NCBI GenBank assembly: GCA_946965045.2
Contig: OX337241.1
Location: forward strand, 1,302,001-1,366,000
Origin: Epithemia pelagica
Taxonomy: Eukaryota > Protista > Bacillariophyta
DNA length: 64,000 bases
Direction: 5' to 3'
How positions within the stretch are numbered: the first letter of the stretch is position 1; every line of letters starts with the position of its first letter. Of this stretch, positions 53,220 to 63,998 are shown one piece after another. The notes beneath the pieces were generated by a model. It worked only from the letters and a program-made list of their open reading frames with translations. It ran no database searches and had not been told where the DNA came from. A program made the position numbers and the translations under genes.

Positions 53220-53590
53220 TGAGAAGTACCTATTGGGTGAGATGAGGAGTGATTTTGTACTTATTGGGCAATAAGGAGATGTAATGTGGATGGACTTCGG
53301 TAATTAAAGTACGGGTCATGTGACTCTGGGAAGGGACTTGGATACATGAAGTACCGTCGTGGATTGGGGGGGGGAAGGACTTTGGGACATAAAAGTACAT
53401 GGAAATTGGGGGGTAGGTGTAATTTGGTAATTTAAATGAGATAATTGGAAAAGGGGGTGGGGGACTTTCGTACTTTGGGCTAAAATCAATGATTGTGAAA
53501 GGTGTACTTGGACTTTGACAAATTACCGTAAAGGAAAGTACAAAATGATATAATTTGGTGAAATTGGTAATTTGGTACTTCACAACTCTG
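53220..53590 (-). mobile_element. Probable 5' terminus and subterminal repeats of the hAT element
   Basis: Dense AAGTAC/GTACTT, GGACTT and AATTTGGT repeats end abruptly at ...CACAACTCTG (reverse complement CAGAGTTGTG, hAT-like start). No partner TIR or 8-bp TSD was found. Confidence 0.55.
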
Positions 53591-53748
53591 GTTGTGAGTT
53601 GCAGCTTTGTCACGAAGGCCTCCTGAGTCCCATAAACTGGCAACTGTCACGGCAAAAACTATGGGGAAAGCATGACTGAGTTCCTCTATCCCCACATGCG
53701 CTTTCTAGTTAACAAGATATAAAGCTCTATTTATTGTACTTGCATGAA

Positions 53749-56700
53749 TCACATACTTGTCCCACCACCTCCATGATGTCTTCGTTGATGTCGCGGATTA
53801 GATCGTCTGGGTGATTGCTGATACCGACGTTGCTGCCCATCCATTTGTGCTCCATATCTACCCCCTCCTTGTTGCGGTGGCTGCTGAGGCTGTTGGTGAG
53901 GCGGTGGCTGTATGAACTGCTGACTTATCATAAACTGTTGTTGTTGCTGCTGCTGTTCCTGACCAAATGGAGGTGGCTGTTGCATGGCTTGAGAAGGCAT
54001 CACAACCTGCTGTTGTCCATGAATGATAACTTGCGGCTGTTGCTGCATCTGTACATTAGGATCGGTAAACTGCTGTTGCATCTGATTTTGCGGTAGCTGT
54101 GGCTGTCCGGTGGGTTGCTGTTGCTGATTCAGTAGCCCAACCTGTTGCAAGATGATGGGCTGACCATTTGCAGATGTAGCCACGAAATACATTCCACCGC
54201 CAGGTGCATTCGACTGCGCCAAAATGACCGGCTGCTGCATAGCATAAGGCTGCTGTTGAGAAACTTGCTGCGGTGGTTGCATCTGTCCGGGCTGTTGCTG
54301 CGACAGCTGAAGATGTTGTTGAAAAGGTGGTATTTGGCTCGACGGTTGCTGCTGTTGCATCGAACTTTGGAAAATTGCTTGCTGTTGCACCGCTCCACCT
54401 TGGGGAAAGAGCCCACCTTGCTGTTGTTGTAGTACTTGTTGCTGCTGCTGAGAATAGAAGTCTATATGCTGTTGATCATTTGACGTCGACTGTATGATTT
54501 GTTGCGTGGACATGAACCGCGGTTGCTGCTGCGCGAAAACAGACTGTTGAGTAGGAAGCGTCGGAGGAGCGATGGTCTGAGTCAAAGAACCTTGTCCCTC
54601 CATTGTCACACTCGAAGCAGCGCTGGAAGGTGTTGGCTCGAACTGACGACCCGGCACATCTGTTTCAAATGATGGAGCATTCTGTCCAGATAAGTGAGAG
54701 AACATCGGGTTTGCCTGATCAGCACTTCCATACGTATTTGATATCAGTGTCTGGTCAAAAACAGTTGTCGTCTGAGGGAGACTGCCAGGCAGGCTGACAG
54801 GTTGTTGCTGCTGAAACACAGCCTGGGGGATTGATTGATCAAATACATAACTACTCGATCCCGTGCTCTGTCCACTTCCGCTATAGCTTGAATGATGCGA
54901 ATGAACAGAATCCCCTCCTGTTGCAGGGACGACCCCCGGCCGCTGTAATGCAATGCCGAGATCGCCCTGACTAAGGACGCCACTTCCAGGAATATAACCA
55001 GCTGAATTGAAGCTTCGTGCCCCTGACTCGCTTGTGAAAGTATTGGGCAAACCCGCTGAGGTGGCCGGAGAACCAAGTGCAATCTGTGCTTGAGCTTGTA
55101 AATTCAATGGTCCAGCATCCGTCAGACTTGACGACGAAGCAGTTATCCTTGACGGACCTGGTTGGCTTGTTCTTGAATCGACTGAAAGATCTTGTCGAGA
55201 CGAAGAGGAGCTGGAAGACGGCGGAACCATTGCCGGTCCAGGAGAAACGCTACCACGACGCGGAATTCCACGAGGTGCTGCTTCGCCACGTGTTCGGGAC
55301 GATGCTAGGCTTCGTCTCATTGCTTGTTGTTTTTCTCTCATCTTTTGTACGTTAAGAAGTTTACGACGGCATATTGCAGGGTCCCACGGCGGTTTCCAAT
55401 AAAAGTCTAGATCCAAATTCGCATGGTTGGTGTCTTTGGGGTCAAATTTGTCGAGGTCTGTCTTTCGTCTTAGCTGATGCAATGCACCTGTCAGAAAGGG
55501 GTGTTGCATTGCCTGAAACGCAGTCCATCGTTTCCACGGATCTGGATCCAGCAACCCGTATAAGAAATGAATAAAAGACGGAACAAGATCCCGTTCCTCT
55601 CCTTGCATGTTTTGGGCATGAAGGGACAAGATGTCAGGTAACTTTGTTCGGCGAAAGTATCTATTTCCAGGTTGTTTCTCCAGCTTGGCCAACCCTCCTT
55701 TTTTCTTGATATCATTTTGTGACAGCGACACAATGTACTCCTTTAACGTCTTGAGTCTCCACTGTGTTTGCGGTGGACCCGGCGATGCTCTAGCCGGTTT
55801 GGGAGAATGGCCGGACCCACCTGACGATCCCTCGTCGCTGGTAGACATTTCGGCTGATTTTCCAGAGGTTGGTCGAGCCACGAATTTGATAAAGTACTTC
55901 GATGCTTTGGATCCTTGATCGAGCATCCAGTCCGGGATTTTTGCAATCATCTCAGTGATGCGGCATAATTGGTCGTGCTCATGAACTCCAGGTAGAATGG
56001 GAAGGCCCAAGAACAATTCCGCCGTCACACATCCTAATGACCACATGTCAATTGCGGAATCATAGGGAAGACCAATGAGGACTTCGGGGCTACGATAAAA
56101 ACGTGATTGGATGTATGTATGCGCGGTGTATCCCTCAAAACATGCAGAACCAAAATCGATCAATTTGGTACTCCTTCTGGGCCCAATCGCAGAAGCAACA
56201 TTGCCCATTTGTATTGTTTGTGCATTGGAGCTTGAGCCGGACGATTGGTCTCCCTCCATTGAATTCCCTCTGCTCTCATCCGAGCCTCCACCAGTCGATT
56301 CGGCTGGTGGTTCAGGAGGATTTTTTAATATTGGTGGCCTTCGTCCAGTCTCGGAGTCTCCTTTGTTACCGGTTTCGCCCGCATTTATGACGTGTCTAAC
56401 AGCATCGTCCGATGCAAACAAAATATTCTCCGGCTTCAAATCACAATGGACAATCCCTTTCTGCGATAGTTCCTTTACACCCTCAACAGATTGCAGTACG
56501 ATTGATCGCACAATGCTTAGAGGAAGACCTCGAAACTGCCGTCTTTTCAGAACTTCGTATAAATTCAGTCCCAATAGCTCAAAGACAAGACACAAATGTG
56601 ACCGATGCATGAAATAACAGATAAGATTCACCATGTAGTCCTTTTGTCCCCTCGATCTGCTGGATCCCCCTGAAGACCCTGATCCGGTTGTCGCTGCTCC

Positions 56701-58098
56701 ACCTACAACACCGGTTCCAGAAACCGATGCAGTTCGTTTGGCCTCTTCTTCTTGTTGAATGAGGGCTCGAAAGACATCAATTTCAATGGTGGCCTGTCGT
56801 GTGTAGGCGGGTTTGTTCTTAACAACCTTGACAGCAACCACTTCTCCAGTCGTGACCAGTAAACACTGAAATACTTGGGCAAAGGTTCCTTGTCCCAAAA
56901 GAGATTGGACGCGAAATTCACTCGCTCTCCTCGTTGGTTTAGCTTTAATTGAATGCATTCCCTTTCGTGGAATAACAATCAAATCGTTTTCAAAAACAAT
57001 CAAGTTTCCATCAATATTGTCGTAGCCATCGTTTGCGACGGATTCGGGTGGATTTGTGAGGCACTTTCCTCTGGCAGCGACGCTAGATCCAGGTGCAGCC
57101 GAGTGTATGCTACCGCCATTTCCATTTCCACTTCCATGGCCACTCCCATTGCCGTTCCCGTTGCTATTAGCCCCATGTGATGATACGGCAGTGCTGCCTT
57201 TGGTGCTAATTGACTGTGAGGCTGGTGAATTGCGAGTGGACCGTTCCGCAGCCACTGGACCAGACGCAGATGTATTGCTGTCAGAATGCACTTCCAAGAC
57301 AGCCGAAAGCAAGCCCTTGCCCATTCCCATTGCGACACCACCACCACCTCCTCTATGAGGAGCACGATCATGCCAACCCAAACCCAATTGCTCTCCTGTA
57401 GATCTCGCAGCGTGATGGCGGCCTCTCGTACCTCCATCGCCACTTCCTGCAAACCCTACTTCCCCTTCAATGGAAAGTTGAGAGAAAGCAAATCTGTGAG
57501 GAGACAGCTTTGAATCGGTTGTCGTGTTTATTGATGAGGATGGCTCTGACTTTTTGTGGTGCATTGTCATTGCTTGTTCCCATTGATGAAATGTCTGTTT
57601 TGCTTCAAAGGTAAGTTTTCTCAATAGACTTTCCGATCGTATTCTCTTGTTGTGATCTCCATGATCCGAATACCTTGTTTTGGCGACTTTCAATGACCTT
57701 CCACTTGATTGCGATTGCAACTCGTTTTCGGTCTCCCGTTCCAAGTCCATCTTTTGTTGGGCAACCTCGGGATATGGCCTAAAGGCGCCAAATGACGACG
57801 GTTGAAGTTCCACCACAATTGGCTCTTCATGTGGAATCACATCTCCGTGTGCTTGAAGCGATAATCTCTGACCTAATCTTCGGTAGGCTTCATCGACATG
57901 GGCATTTTCGCCAAAAGAAGACGCCAAATGGCCTTGTTGTCTACCTTCTTTTCCAGACTTGGAGCTGCTGTTTGTGTTGCTGCTACTCGATTTGTTTTTA
58001 CTGCCACTACCACTACTGGGACTCTTCTTTCCTCCTCCTGAACCATGGCTCAGGCTCTCCACAAGTTCTTGCGTCCCGAAGGTGGGATTCAGATCCAT
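53749..58098 (-). CDS. DYRK-family dual-specificity kinase, YAK1-like, with Gln-rich tail
   Basis: LGQGTFAQV, VAVKVVK, VHCDLKPENIL and IDFGSAC..HTYIQSRFYRSPEV..GLPYDSAIDMWSLGC motifs. Confidence 0.92.
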   Translation of the reverse strand: MDLNPTFGTQELVESLSHGSGGGKKSPSSGSGSKNKSSSSNTNSSSKSGKEGRQQGHLASSFGENAHVDEAYRRLGQRLSLQAHGDVIPHEEPIVVELQPSSFGAFRPYPEVAQQKMDLERETENELQSQSSGRSLKVAKTRYSDHGDHNKRIRSESLLRKLTFEAKQTFHQWEQAMTMHHKKSEPSSSINTTTDSKLSPHRFAFSQLSIEGEVGFAGSGDGGTRGRHHAARSTGEQLGLGWHDRAPHRGGGGGVAMGMGKGLLSAVLEVHSDSNTSASGPVAAERSTRNSPASQSISTKGSTAVSSHGANSNGNGNGSGHGSGNGNGGSIHSAAPGSSVAARGKCLTNPPESVANDGYDNIDGNLIVFENDLIVIPRKGMHSIKAKPTRRASEFRVQSLLGQGTFAQVFQCLLVTTGEVVAVKVVKNKPAYTRQATIEIDVFRALIQQEEEAKRTASVSGTGVVGGAATTGSGSSGGSSRSRGQKDYMVNLICYFMHRSHLCLVFELLGLNLYEVLKRRQFRGLPLSIVRSIVLQSVEGVKELSQKGIVHCDLKPENILFASDDAVRHVINAGETGNKGDSETGRRPPILKNPPEPPAESTGGGSDESRGNSMEGDQSSGSSSNAQTIQMGNVASAIGPRRSTKLIDFGSACFEGYTAHTYIQSRFYRSPEVLIGLPYDSAIDMWSLGCVTAELFLGLPILPGVHEHDQLCRITEMIAKIPDWMLDQGSKASKYFIKFVARPTSGKSAEMSTSDEGSSGGSGHSPKPARASPGPPQTQWRLKTLKEYIVSLSQNDIKKKGGLAKLEKQPGNRYFRRTKLPDILSLHAQNMQGEERDLVPSFIHFLYGLLDPDPWKRWTAFQAMQHPFLTGALHQLRRKTDLDKFDPKDTNHANLDLDFYWKPPWDPAICRRKLLNVQKMREKQQAMRRSLASSRTRGEAAPRGIPRRGSVSPGPAMVPPSSSSSSSRQDLSVDSRTSQPGPSRITASSSSLTDAGPLNLQAQAQIALGSPATSAGLPNTFTSESGARSFNSAGYIPGSGVLSQGDLGIALQRPGVVPATGGDSVHSHHSSYSGSGQSTGSSSYVFDQSIPQAVFQQQQPVSLPGSLPQTTTVFDQTLISNTYGSADQANPMFSHLSGQNAPSFETDVPGRQFEPTPSSAASSVTMEGQGSLTQTIAPPTLPTQQSVFAQQQPRFMSTQQIIQSTSNDQQHIDFYSQQQQQVLQQQQGGLFPQGGAVQQQAIFQSSMQQQQPSSQIPPFQQHLQLSQQQPGQMQPPQQVSQQQPYAMQQPVILAQSNAPGGGMYFVATSANGQPIILQQVGLLNQQQQPTGQPQLPQNQMQQQFTDPNVQMQQQPQVIIHGQQQVVMPSQAMQQPPPFGQEQQQQQQQFMISQQFIQPPPHQQPQQPPQQGGGRYGAQMDGQQRRYQQSPRRSNPRHQRRHHGGGGTSM

Positions 58099-59107
58099 CC
58101 TTCAAGGACTTTTAACATTCGCCTCCAATGTTGTCGTGTGATGACCGCTGTAAGCGCGGCTCTTTCGTTTGCTTCACAAGAACGCACCAGATGAAGGAAA
58201 GGATCTGGGAATGGGTGCTACGCTCGAAATGCTCGTTACTTAACCAATGGATGAGCTCAATCGTTCTCTCCGATGAAAAGGAGGTAGCTTGTTGCATAAA
58301 TGCTCACAGTATAGATGAATCTGGAACAAAAGAGATGGCACATCAAAAGAGCAGCCTCGAGTAGTGCAACCCACAACGATGTATCACGTGAATGTTGTGA
58401 TTGGGATTTGGGATGATGATGTGTCGCTTGCAGCAGTTGTTGCAGTCTCGTTTCTGCGAAGGCAGCTGACTGCCGTATGGCAGACCACCCTCCTGCGGAT
58501 AACGCTCCACGTCAGCAAATTCAATTCGTTCCCCTTCTCTTCTGTAAGTCCATCCGCGATCGCGAATCCGAATTTTGCGAGCGACCCGCCAGACAGAGAA
58601 GCAGAGAGTAGAAGTGGCAGGCAGTAGGAGTACTGTACTCGCACTACCCCGAGCTCCTATGAAGGTAGGCTCTTCATTGTTCATACTATACGAGTCCCAT
58701 GGGTGAGGGAGTACAAAGCGTGTGGAAAGTGGAAATGTCGAAGTTGCAGCTGCCGCCGTCACAGCGGTCAACATCAAAACTCAGTCACAACGGGAAACGG
58801 GACATGTTGTGGGGGGAAGGTGAAACCTTCTCCACTCAGGGCCAGAGCCGGTGATCCAACACCAGCTAAGGGAACCGATCTGTTAGCCACGAGTAGATGA
58901 ACCATGTCGAGACTCCTGTTTGTTCCCCTGAGCTCCCCCAACGCAATCAGGTAGCACCATGCAATCGCAAAGGGGGCAGGGGACAGCAGACTGAAACGGA
59001 ACAAACCCATAAACCAACAATCAAGAAGAGAGAACGCTTTACCATGTCGGCTTTCTCTCAACTTGTCGATACCAAAACCCCCTCCACCGAGAATCTCGAC
59101 TGGGCGA

Positions 59108-60703
59108 TCACATGGACCAGGTATACCTCAGGAATGGTCCCACAAGCAAGTTCAAGTCGGCGTACATGTGGTCTATCCTGGCTCCTGGTTTGTTTGCACC
59201 CGCTTTTTCTTTCGTTCTCCATCTGTTGACGGTGTCAACATCCGGAGTAGCCAAGCCCATTTCTTTGGCTCTGGTATTCGATCCTCTTCAAAAAGACCGA
59301 AACACTGAGTACCTGGACACCATGTCCTCTTCGTCTTTGATGGAAGTGAGAGGGAAGAGATCCTTTTGCTCTGTGAAGATTTTGATCAGGTGACGGTGTA
59401 GCGTAGCATCCAAGGCTCGCGCTGTCACCGGAGAGCCATTCCGATTTATCATCAAGGGCCCAGATCTTCGACCCATGTATTGAGCCAGGCAGACTGCGCG
59501 ATTTATCCATCGTCTTATCTTTATTCCACTGCTGGTCTCATCGCAACATGGCAAAAGGTGTGAGCGTTCAATGTGCTCTCCTTTGAACTGCCCCCACAAC
59601 CCAACCACGATACAGTTTCGTTGCCTGTAAAGATCCATGTATTTTACAAGCGCATTCAAGTCCAGCAGCAAACCCTCCGGGCCTCGCAACGATAAAACGT
59701 ATGACGTAGCAAAGAACGTGCCCGCAAGAACGAGAAAGAACGAGTCATGTTCTTCTCGGTTCTCCAGAATCTCCTCCTCGATAGAACCCAACAAAGCTTG
59801 CATTAACTCGCTGGTCACTGCTTGGTCAGGGCGCCAATCTTGGCCCATTCGGCGTCAACATCCTTCGACAAATCTGGAGAACCACAACGAACCGCTCTCG
59901 TCCTGGCCCATTCTAGAGAAGGCCTTTCCATTGTTGTCTGTTAGCACCAAAGGATGGCCGTTCACTAGCGTAGAAGCCGTTGCTCTCACGTGATTCGAAT
60001 AAGTAGAACGAAATTTGCGTATCGTATCAAACTGCTTCCTGTCTCGATGATATTTTCCTTGATCCAAAGACGCGTCCAGCATAAGGAAGGCAACTTGATA
60101 GCCACAATGGTCATAATTTGGGAACGGGCCTGCACTTCGAAAGGGGCCAAATGGAATTCCGACTTTCTTTGATTTCTCTATCATCAATTTTGCATTCTTC
60201 ATGTTTTGAGTTACCGTGCTCGTAGCTCTGCTCCAAAAGGCGTCCAAGTTCATTCGCCGTATGCAAGTGAGCAGGTATCGATCTTTTAAATTTTCCGGAT
60301 CCGGCTCCTCTCCTCGCAACTTCCTGAACACGCACAAATCGCACTCGAAAGGAGTGAGCAGGTGGTCGCCTGCTCGCGCTTGGTTAAAATCCTCCCGACG
60401 GTCTCTTGTACGAATCCTCCAAGATTCGGCCACCAAACGATCCTGGTCAGACTCTTCCACCAGAGTGTTCCGAGACGCAACATAAAACCGGTCATCGTCG
60501 CTCAAAGAATAACACCCGGGACACCATGCGCTCTGACATGGAGCGCATTTTCCAACACTGTACACAAAATTTCTGCAGAAGATTCCGTCCACCCACGGGA
60601 TCCTCTTTCCACATTTTGCGCAGTTTCCGATCCATAGCGAACATCTTCGGTGTTCCTCGGAGTTGCCATGGCTGCGACCTGATAAAAGGAAAAGCAAGAC
60701 CAA
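59108..60703 (-). pseudogene. Tyrosine recombinase with two in-frame TGA stops (59855-59857 and 59288-59290)
   Basis: One continuous frame: CDLC..., LDAFWSR, EGC*RRMG, SLRG.EG (Arg), FRSF*RGS (catalytic Arg position), NRWR and HMYAD (Tyr), ending at TGA 59108-59110. Confidence 0.8.
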
Positions 60704-63700
60704 TAATTAGAGGTTCGTAATTTCCTTCGGGCCAAAACGAAGTACCAGCAGGGATTTCCATCACAAGGTCGCATGCTTTATGAAGTTGTTTGAACCACTT
60801 GGGAGTAAGTAGGCGCTGGCACATGAAGACGTGCATGGAAGACTGGCGCTTATGACGGGCTTTTCGAAGTTCTTCTAGTGCCACGTCTGCTCCTCCTGGA
60901 GGAGGAGCCCATACGAAGTGTCCTGGCCGAAGGATGGGCAGGGACAAATCGTTGTGCTCAGACGGAAGCGTCCATCCCCTGATGTCGTGGCCGGTAGTAA
61001 ACCAGTCCATGGGAGTCAGGAGTTCCGTCTTTGCACCCAGCCAAGATCGAACCCATTCGAAAAGAGTGTCCGACATTTGGATGGGAGTTTTGTGAAGGGG
61101 GATGTAGGAAAGCATGGGCGACCCCGCCATCACCCCTTCATTGAGTTGGCCTCTCGAAATCCCGTCAACCCCAACAGCGATCATCCGTTTGCCCGAGACG
61201 TGTGAAATGTGAAGTCGCAAGGAATGCCTCATTTCTAATCGCCTCAAACGGATTACGAGGTCTAGGAGTTTTGGGCTGGACGAGGACCCTTTATAGAAAC
61301 ATCTTTCCACCGTGGAATTATCGGTGAAGAAGAATACCTCTGTTGAATCAAGCTGGCCCGTGGCCGCTTCTTCTTCAAGTGACTCAACACAGTTGGTGAA
61401 TTCCTTCCAGTTGGAAGATTCTTCCACAACAATATCCCTGCCCCAGACGCCCACTCTGTAGGACAGTTTCTTTTGTGGCAACTGGAAGGCTGCACCGAAT
61501 CCGCATCCTGATGCGTCTCCACATCCAAACAAAGCGACATAGATGGAAGATGATCTGACTTGAACTTTGGGAGGCTCTTCTCCCTCAAGCATTGCTGCCA
61601 ATGCTTTGACATCCGACTTGAGACGCGGAACCGCTTTCACTAACTTTGGTGGGTTTTCCGGGAGAGTCTTTGCTTCTCCATTCATTTCCTGCGCAGAAGG
61701 TTCACTTTCCTCTTCTACGTCGAGAAAACCGCATAGCGTATTGACCTCAGCATCCGAGAGTTTTTCATGCAACTGCGATATCCATTCTCTTGCTGAAAGC
61801 TTCCATCCATCACCGTTCCGACCCGGCCGCCAGATGTTCATTGTCAAGTAAAAGCCCTTCAAAAACGGCATCATGGAGCTAAAAGTCAAAGCTTGGTGTA
61901 CAAAGAATCCGACATCTCTTTGCATTTGCTTGTGATCGAAAGTCGGAGTGTCACTTTCCGCAAACGCCTCCACATATTTCTTCAACAAGTCCTTGCCTTT
62001 TTCCCACTTCTTTTGCGTGAGTGTTTTCGACACTGCTGAAGCCGAGATGTGATGCACGCTACCTGCCCAGGCTCCTGGAGTTTTAGAGGGTGGACGACGC
62101 TTCCGCGGGGCATCCTGAATACCGAGATATTGCAATCGAGACCCCAGACGTCTCGCGACTTGCCATGTATGTTCAGCAGACGATCCCACGGTTCGAAGGT
62201 CGTCCATATATGTTACGACGTCACCAGCGATGTTGTTGAGCTTGGAATTCCACTTCATCACCCATGGAAGTGTGGGGGTATAATCGGCAGAACCTGGTAT
62301 GTTGAAACGAACAGAATCAAACCCACATGGACTTGTTGGTTCTGACGGGGGTCCTTTAGCAATTTCTTCCGCAATGTAGTAGTGTCGCGCGGCGTGGAAG
62401 GGGCTGGGCAACATGCCCATAAACAACCGATTCCAGCGAACAACGCGGGGTTTGGGAGCAAGTGATGTAACCAAATGTTCCCGTAACGGTCCAAGATCAA
62501 CACCAGCAAAGGGACGTAGACGAATGTCCATTGGGAAATTGAGAAACATTTCGCCCAAGTCCATGTCACCACAGTAAGAATCACACGTCAAAAGGCGCAG
62601 TGCAGACTCAGAAGATGGTAGCCAAAAATTGGGGGCCCACAATGATGCGTTGAGGCCACAACTTGTGCCATTGTAAACCATTCTAATATCATTTTCCCCT
62701 TTGGGGACCGCAAAGTAGTCAGACATGCTATCAATGTGTGCGTCAACATCGAAGTAGCCACGACTTAGGACGGTCGAAAGTTTGCCGCCAACCTGTGCAA
62801 GCAAATCGTTCGACGGAGGTCGTTGCTTCCGGTGGTATGAGGGGAGTGCGCCTGAAACATGGATAGGTGTCCCAAACCAAGCGTCAGTTTGTTGATCGAG
62901 ACCATTCCAGCGCCAGAAGACGAGAGAAGAACCAGCGTCCCAATCCCACCACGTGCTGGCCAAGAGTTGGGAAAGAACTTGGCAACCAGCGGCGCGCACA
63001 ACGGGAGCGGATTGTAAGGAAAAATCAGTCTCCCCCCCCTGGAGTGTCGGCCCAGACACCAAAGAAAGCCATGCCATGCCAAAACGTAGACGTAAATAGC
63101 GCACAAAACTGCGATACAAGCGTCGACGCCACCAGCGGAGGGCAAGCAAGCGAAACCCAGCAAGAGCCCTATCCGAGATCCAAGGGAAAAGACCACGAAT
63201 TCGACCGTTCCAAATCCAAAAAGGAGCGACCGCATCATCCGATTTAACGGCAATATCCGAAATTTTGGTGTCATCTAACCATGCAACGTGAGGCAAAAAG
63301 GCGGACACAGAAGCTATGGGCGTGCCCAACACCCCATCTTGCGTACATTCCGACAAAGCCGATAGCCACCGACCGCGCTTGGCTGGACGCAGAGGCGACG
63401 GTGGGCCACCGTGTTTGGTACCAGCTGTGCTGAGATGATGGATCAGGACCGGCTCGAGGAAGGGGAGAGCAGTGTTCAAAACTTGTCCCGGGATCTTGAT
63501 GGGCATAAAACGAGGGGAAAGTACATTTTGCACCCACCAATCAAACGCCTCATCATTCTGCAATATCCACAAGGGGAGGTCGAAAGCAGCACCCAATTCT
63601 AAGGGAGTAAGCTTTCTCGTGCCCCATCCATTTGTATAGAAGCGAGTTTGAAACTTCACCGGCTTCTCCAGCTGACGAGTATGCAACAGATCATCACTGC

Positions 63701-63998
63701 CGTAAAAGGCCAACGACACGGAAGGCGGAGAACACGGTTCGGGACGAATCGAATGGGTCAGTATGGACCCAATGGTACGGCGAGAAGACAACTTGAAAAA
63801 CAAGGGAGACAAACCACGTCTCCCAACGTGAACCCGGGCGGTAGTGACGCCACCACACTGCTTGTGTGTGACGGCCAACCATTGAACTTTCGACAAATTG
63901 GGACGGGACCAGCCCGATGGAAGGAGAAGCAGGACAGGCCAACTAGAAGGGATGAGGACCAAGGATGAAGCTAGGAAATCCGGGTCGCCTTCCATCAA
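60492..63998 (-). CDS. Reverse transcriptase-RNase H polyprotein of the YR retroelement (5'-incomplete)
   Basis: FAVPKG..DIRMVYNGT, DLGEMFLNF, MG..PSP and TYMDDLR (RT); GDASG.GFG, SSNWKE, FTDN and HVSG...DGISRG (RH). The frame is open at the window edge. Confidence 0.9.
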   Translation of the reverse strand: MMEGDPDFLASSLVLIPSSWPVLLLLPSGWSRPNLSKVQWLAVTHKQCGGVTTARVHVGRRGLSPLFFKLSSRRTIGSILTHSIRPEPCSPPSVSLAFYGSDDLLHTRQLEKPVKFQTRFYTNGWGTRKLTPLELGAAFDLPLWILQNDEAFDWWVQNVLSPRFMPIKIPGQVLNTALPFLEPVLIHHLSTAGTKHGGPPSPLRPAKRGRWLSALSECTQDGVLGTPIASVSAFLPHVAWLDDTKISDIAVKSDDAVAPFWIWNGRIRGLFPWISDRALAGFRLLALRWWRRRLYRSFVRYLRLRFGMAWLSLVSGPTLQGGETDFSLQSAPVVRAAGCQVLSQLLASTWWDWDAGSSLVFWRWNGLDQQTDAWFGTPIHVSGALPSYHRKQRPPSNDLLAQVGGKLSTVLSRGYFDVDAHIDSMSDYFAVPKGENDIRMVYNGTSCGLNASLWAPNFWLPSSESALRLLTCDSYCGDMDLGEMFLNFPMDIRLRPFAGVDLGPLREHLVTSLAPKPRVVRWNRLFMGMLPSPFHAARHYYIAEEIAKGPPSEPTSPCGFDSVRFNIPGSADYTPTLPWVMKWNSKLNNIAGDVVTYMDDLRTVGSSAEHTWQVARRLGSRLQYLGIQDAPRKRRPPSKTPGAWAGSVHHISASAVSKTLTQKKWEKGKDLLKKYVEAFAESDTPTFDHKQMQRDVGFFVHQALTFSSMMPFLKGFYLTMNIWRPGRNGDGWKLSAREWISQLHEKLSDAEVNTLCGFLDVEEESEPSAQEMNGEAKTLPENPPKLVKAVPRLKSDVKALAAMLEGEEPPKVQVRSSSIYVALFGCGDASGCGFGAAFQLPQKKLSYRVGVWGRDIVVEESSNWKEFTNCVESLEEEAATGQLDSTEVFFFTDNSTVERCFYKGSSSSPKLLDLVIRLRRLEMRHSLRLHISHVSGKRMIAVGVDGISRGQLNEGVMAGSPMLSYIPLHKTPIQMSDTLFEWVRSWLGAKTELLTPMDWFTTGHDIRGWTLPSEHNDLSLPILRPGHFVWAPPPGGADVALEELRKARHKRQSSMHVFMCQRLLTPKWFKQLHKACDLVMEIPAGTSFWPEGNYEPLIIGLAFPFIRSQPWQLRGTPKMFAMDRKLRKMWKEDPVGGRNLLQKFCVQCWKMRSMSERMVSRVLFFERR

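Noticed and set aside
58343-59308. Short ORFs between the kinase and the YR element
   Set aside because: No motifs; they are likely kinase 5' flank and retroelement 3' non-coding sequence.
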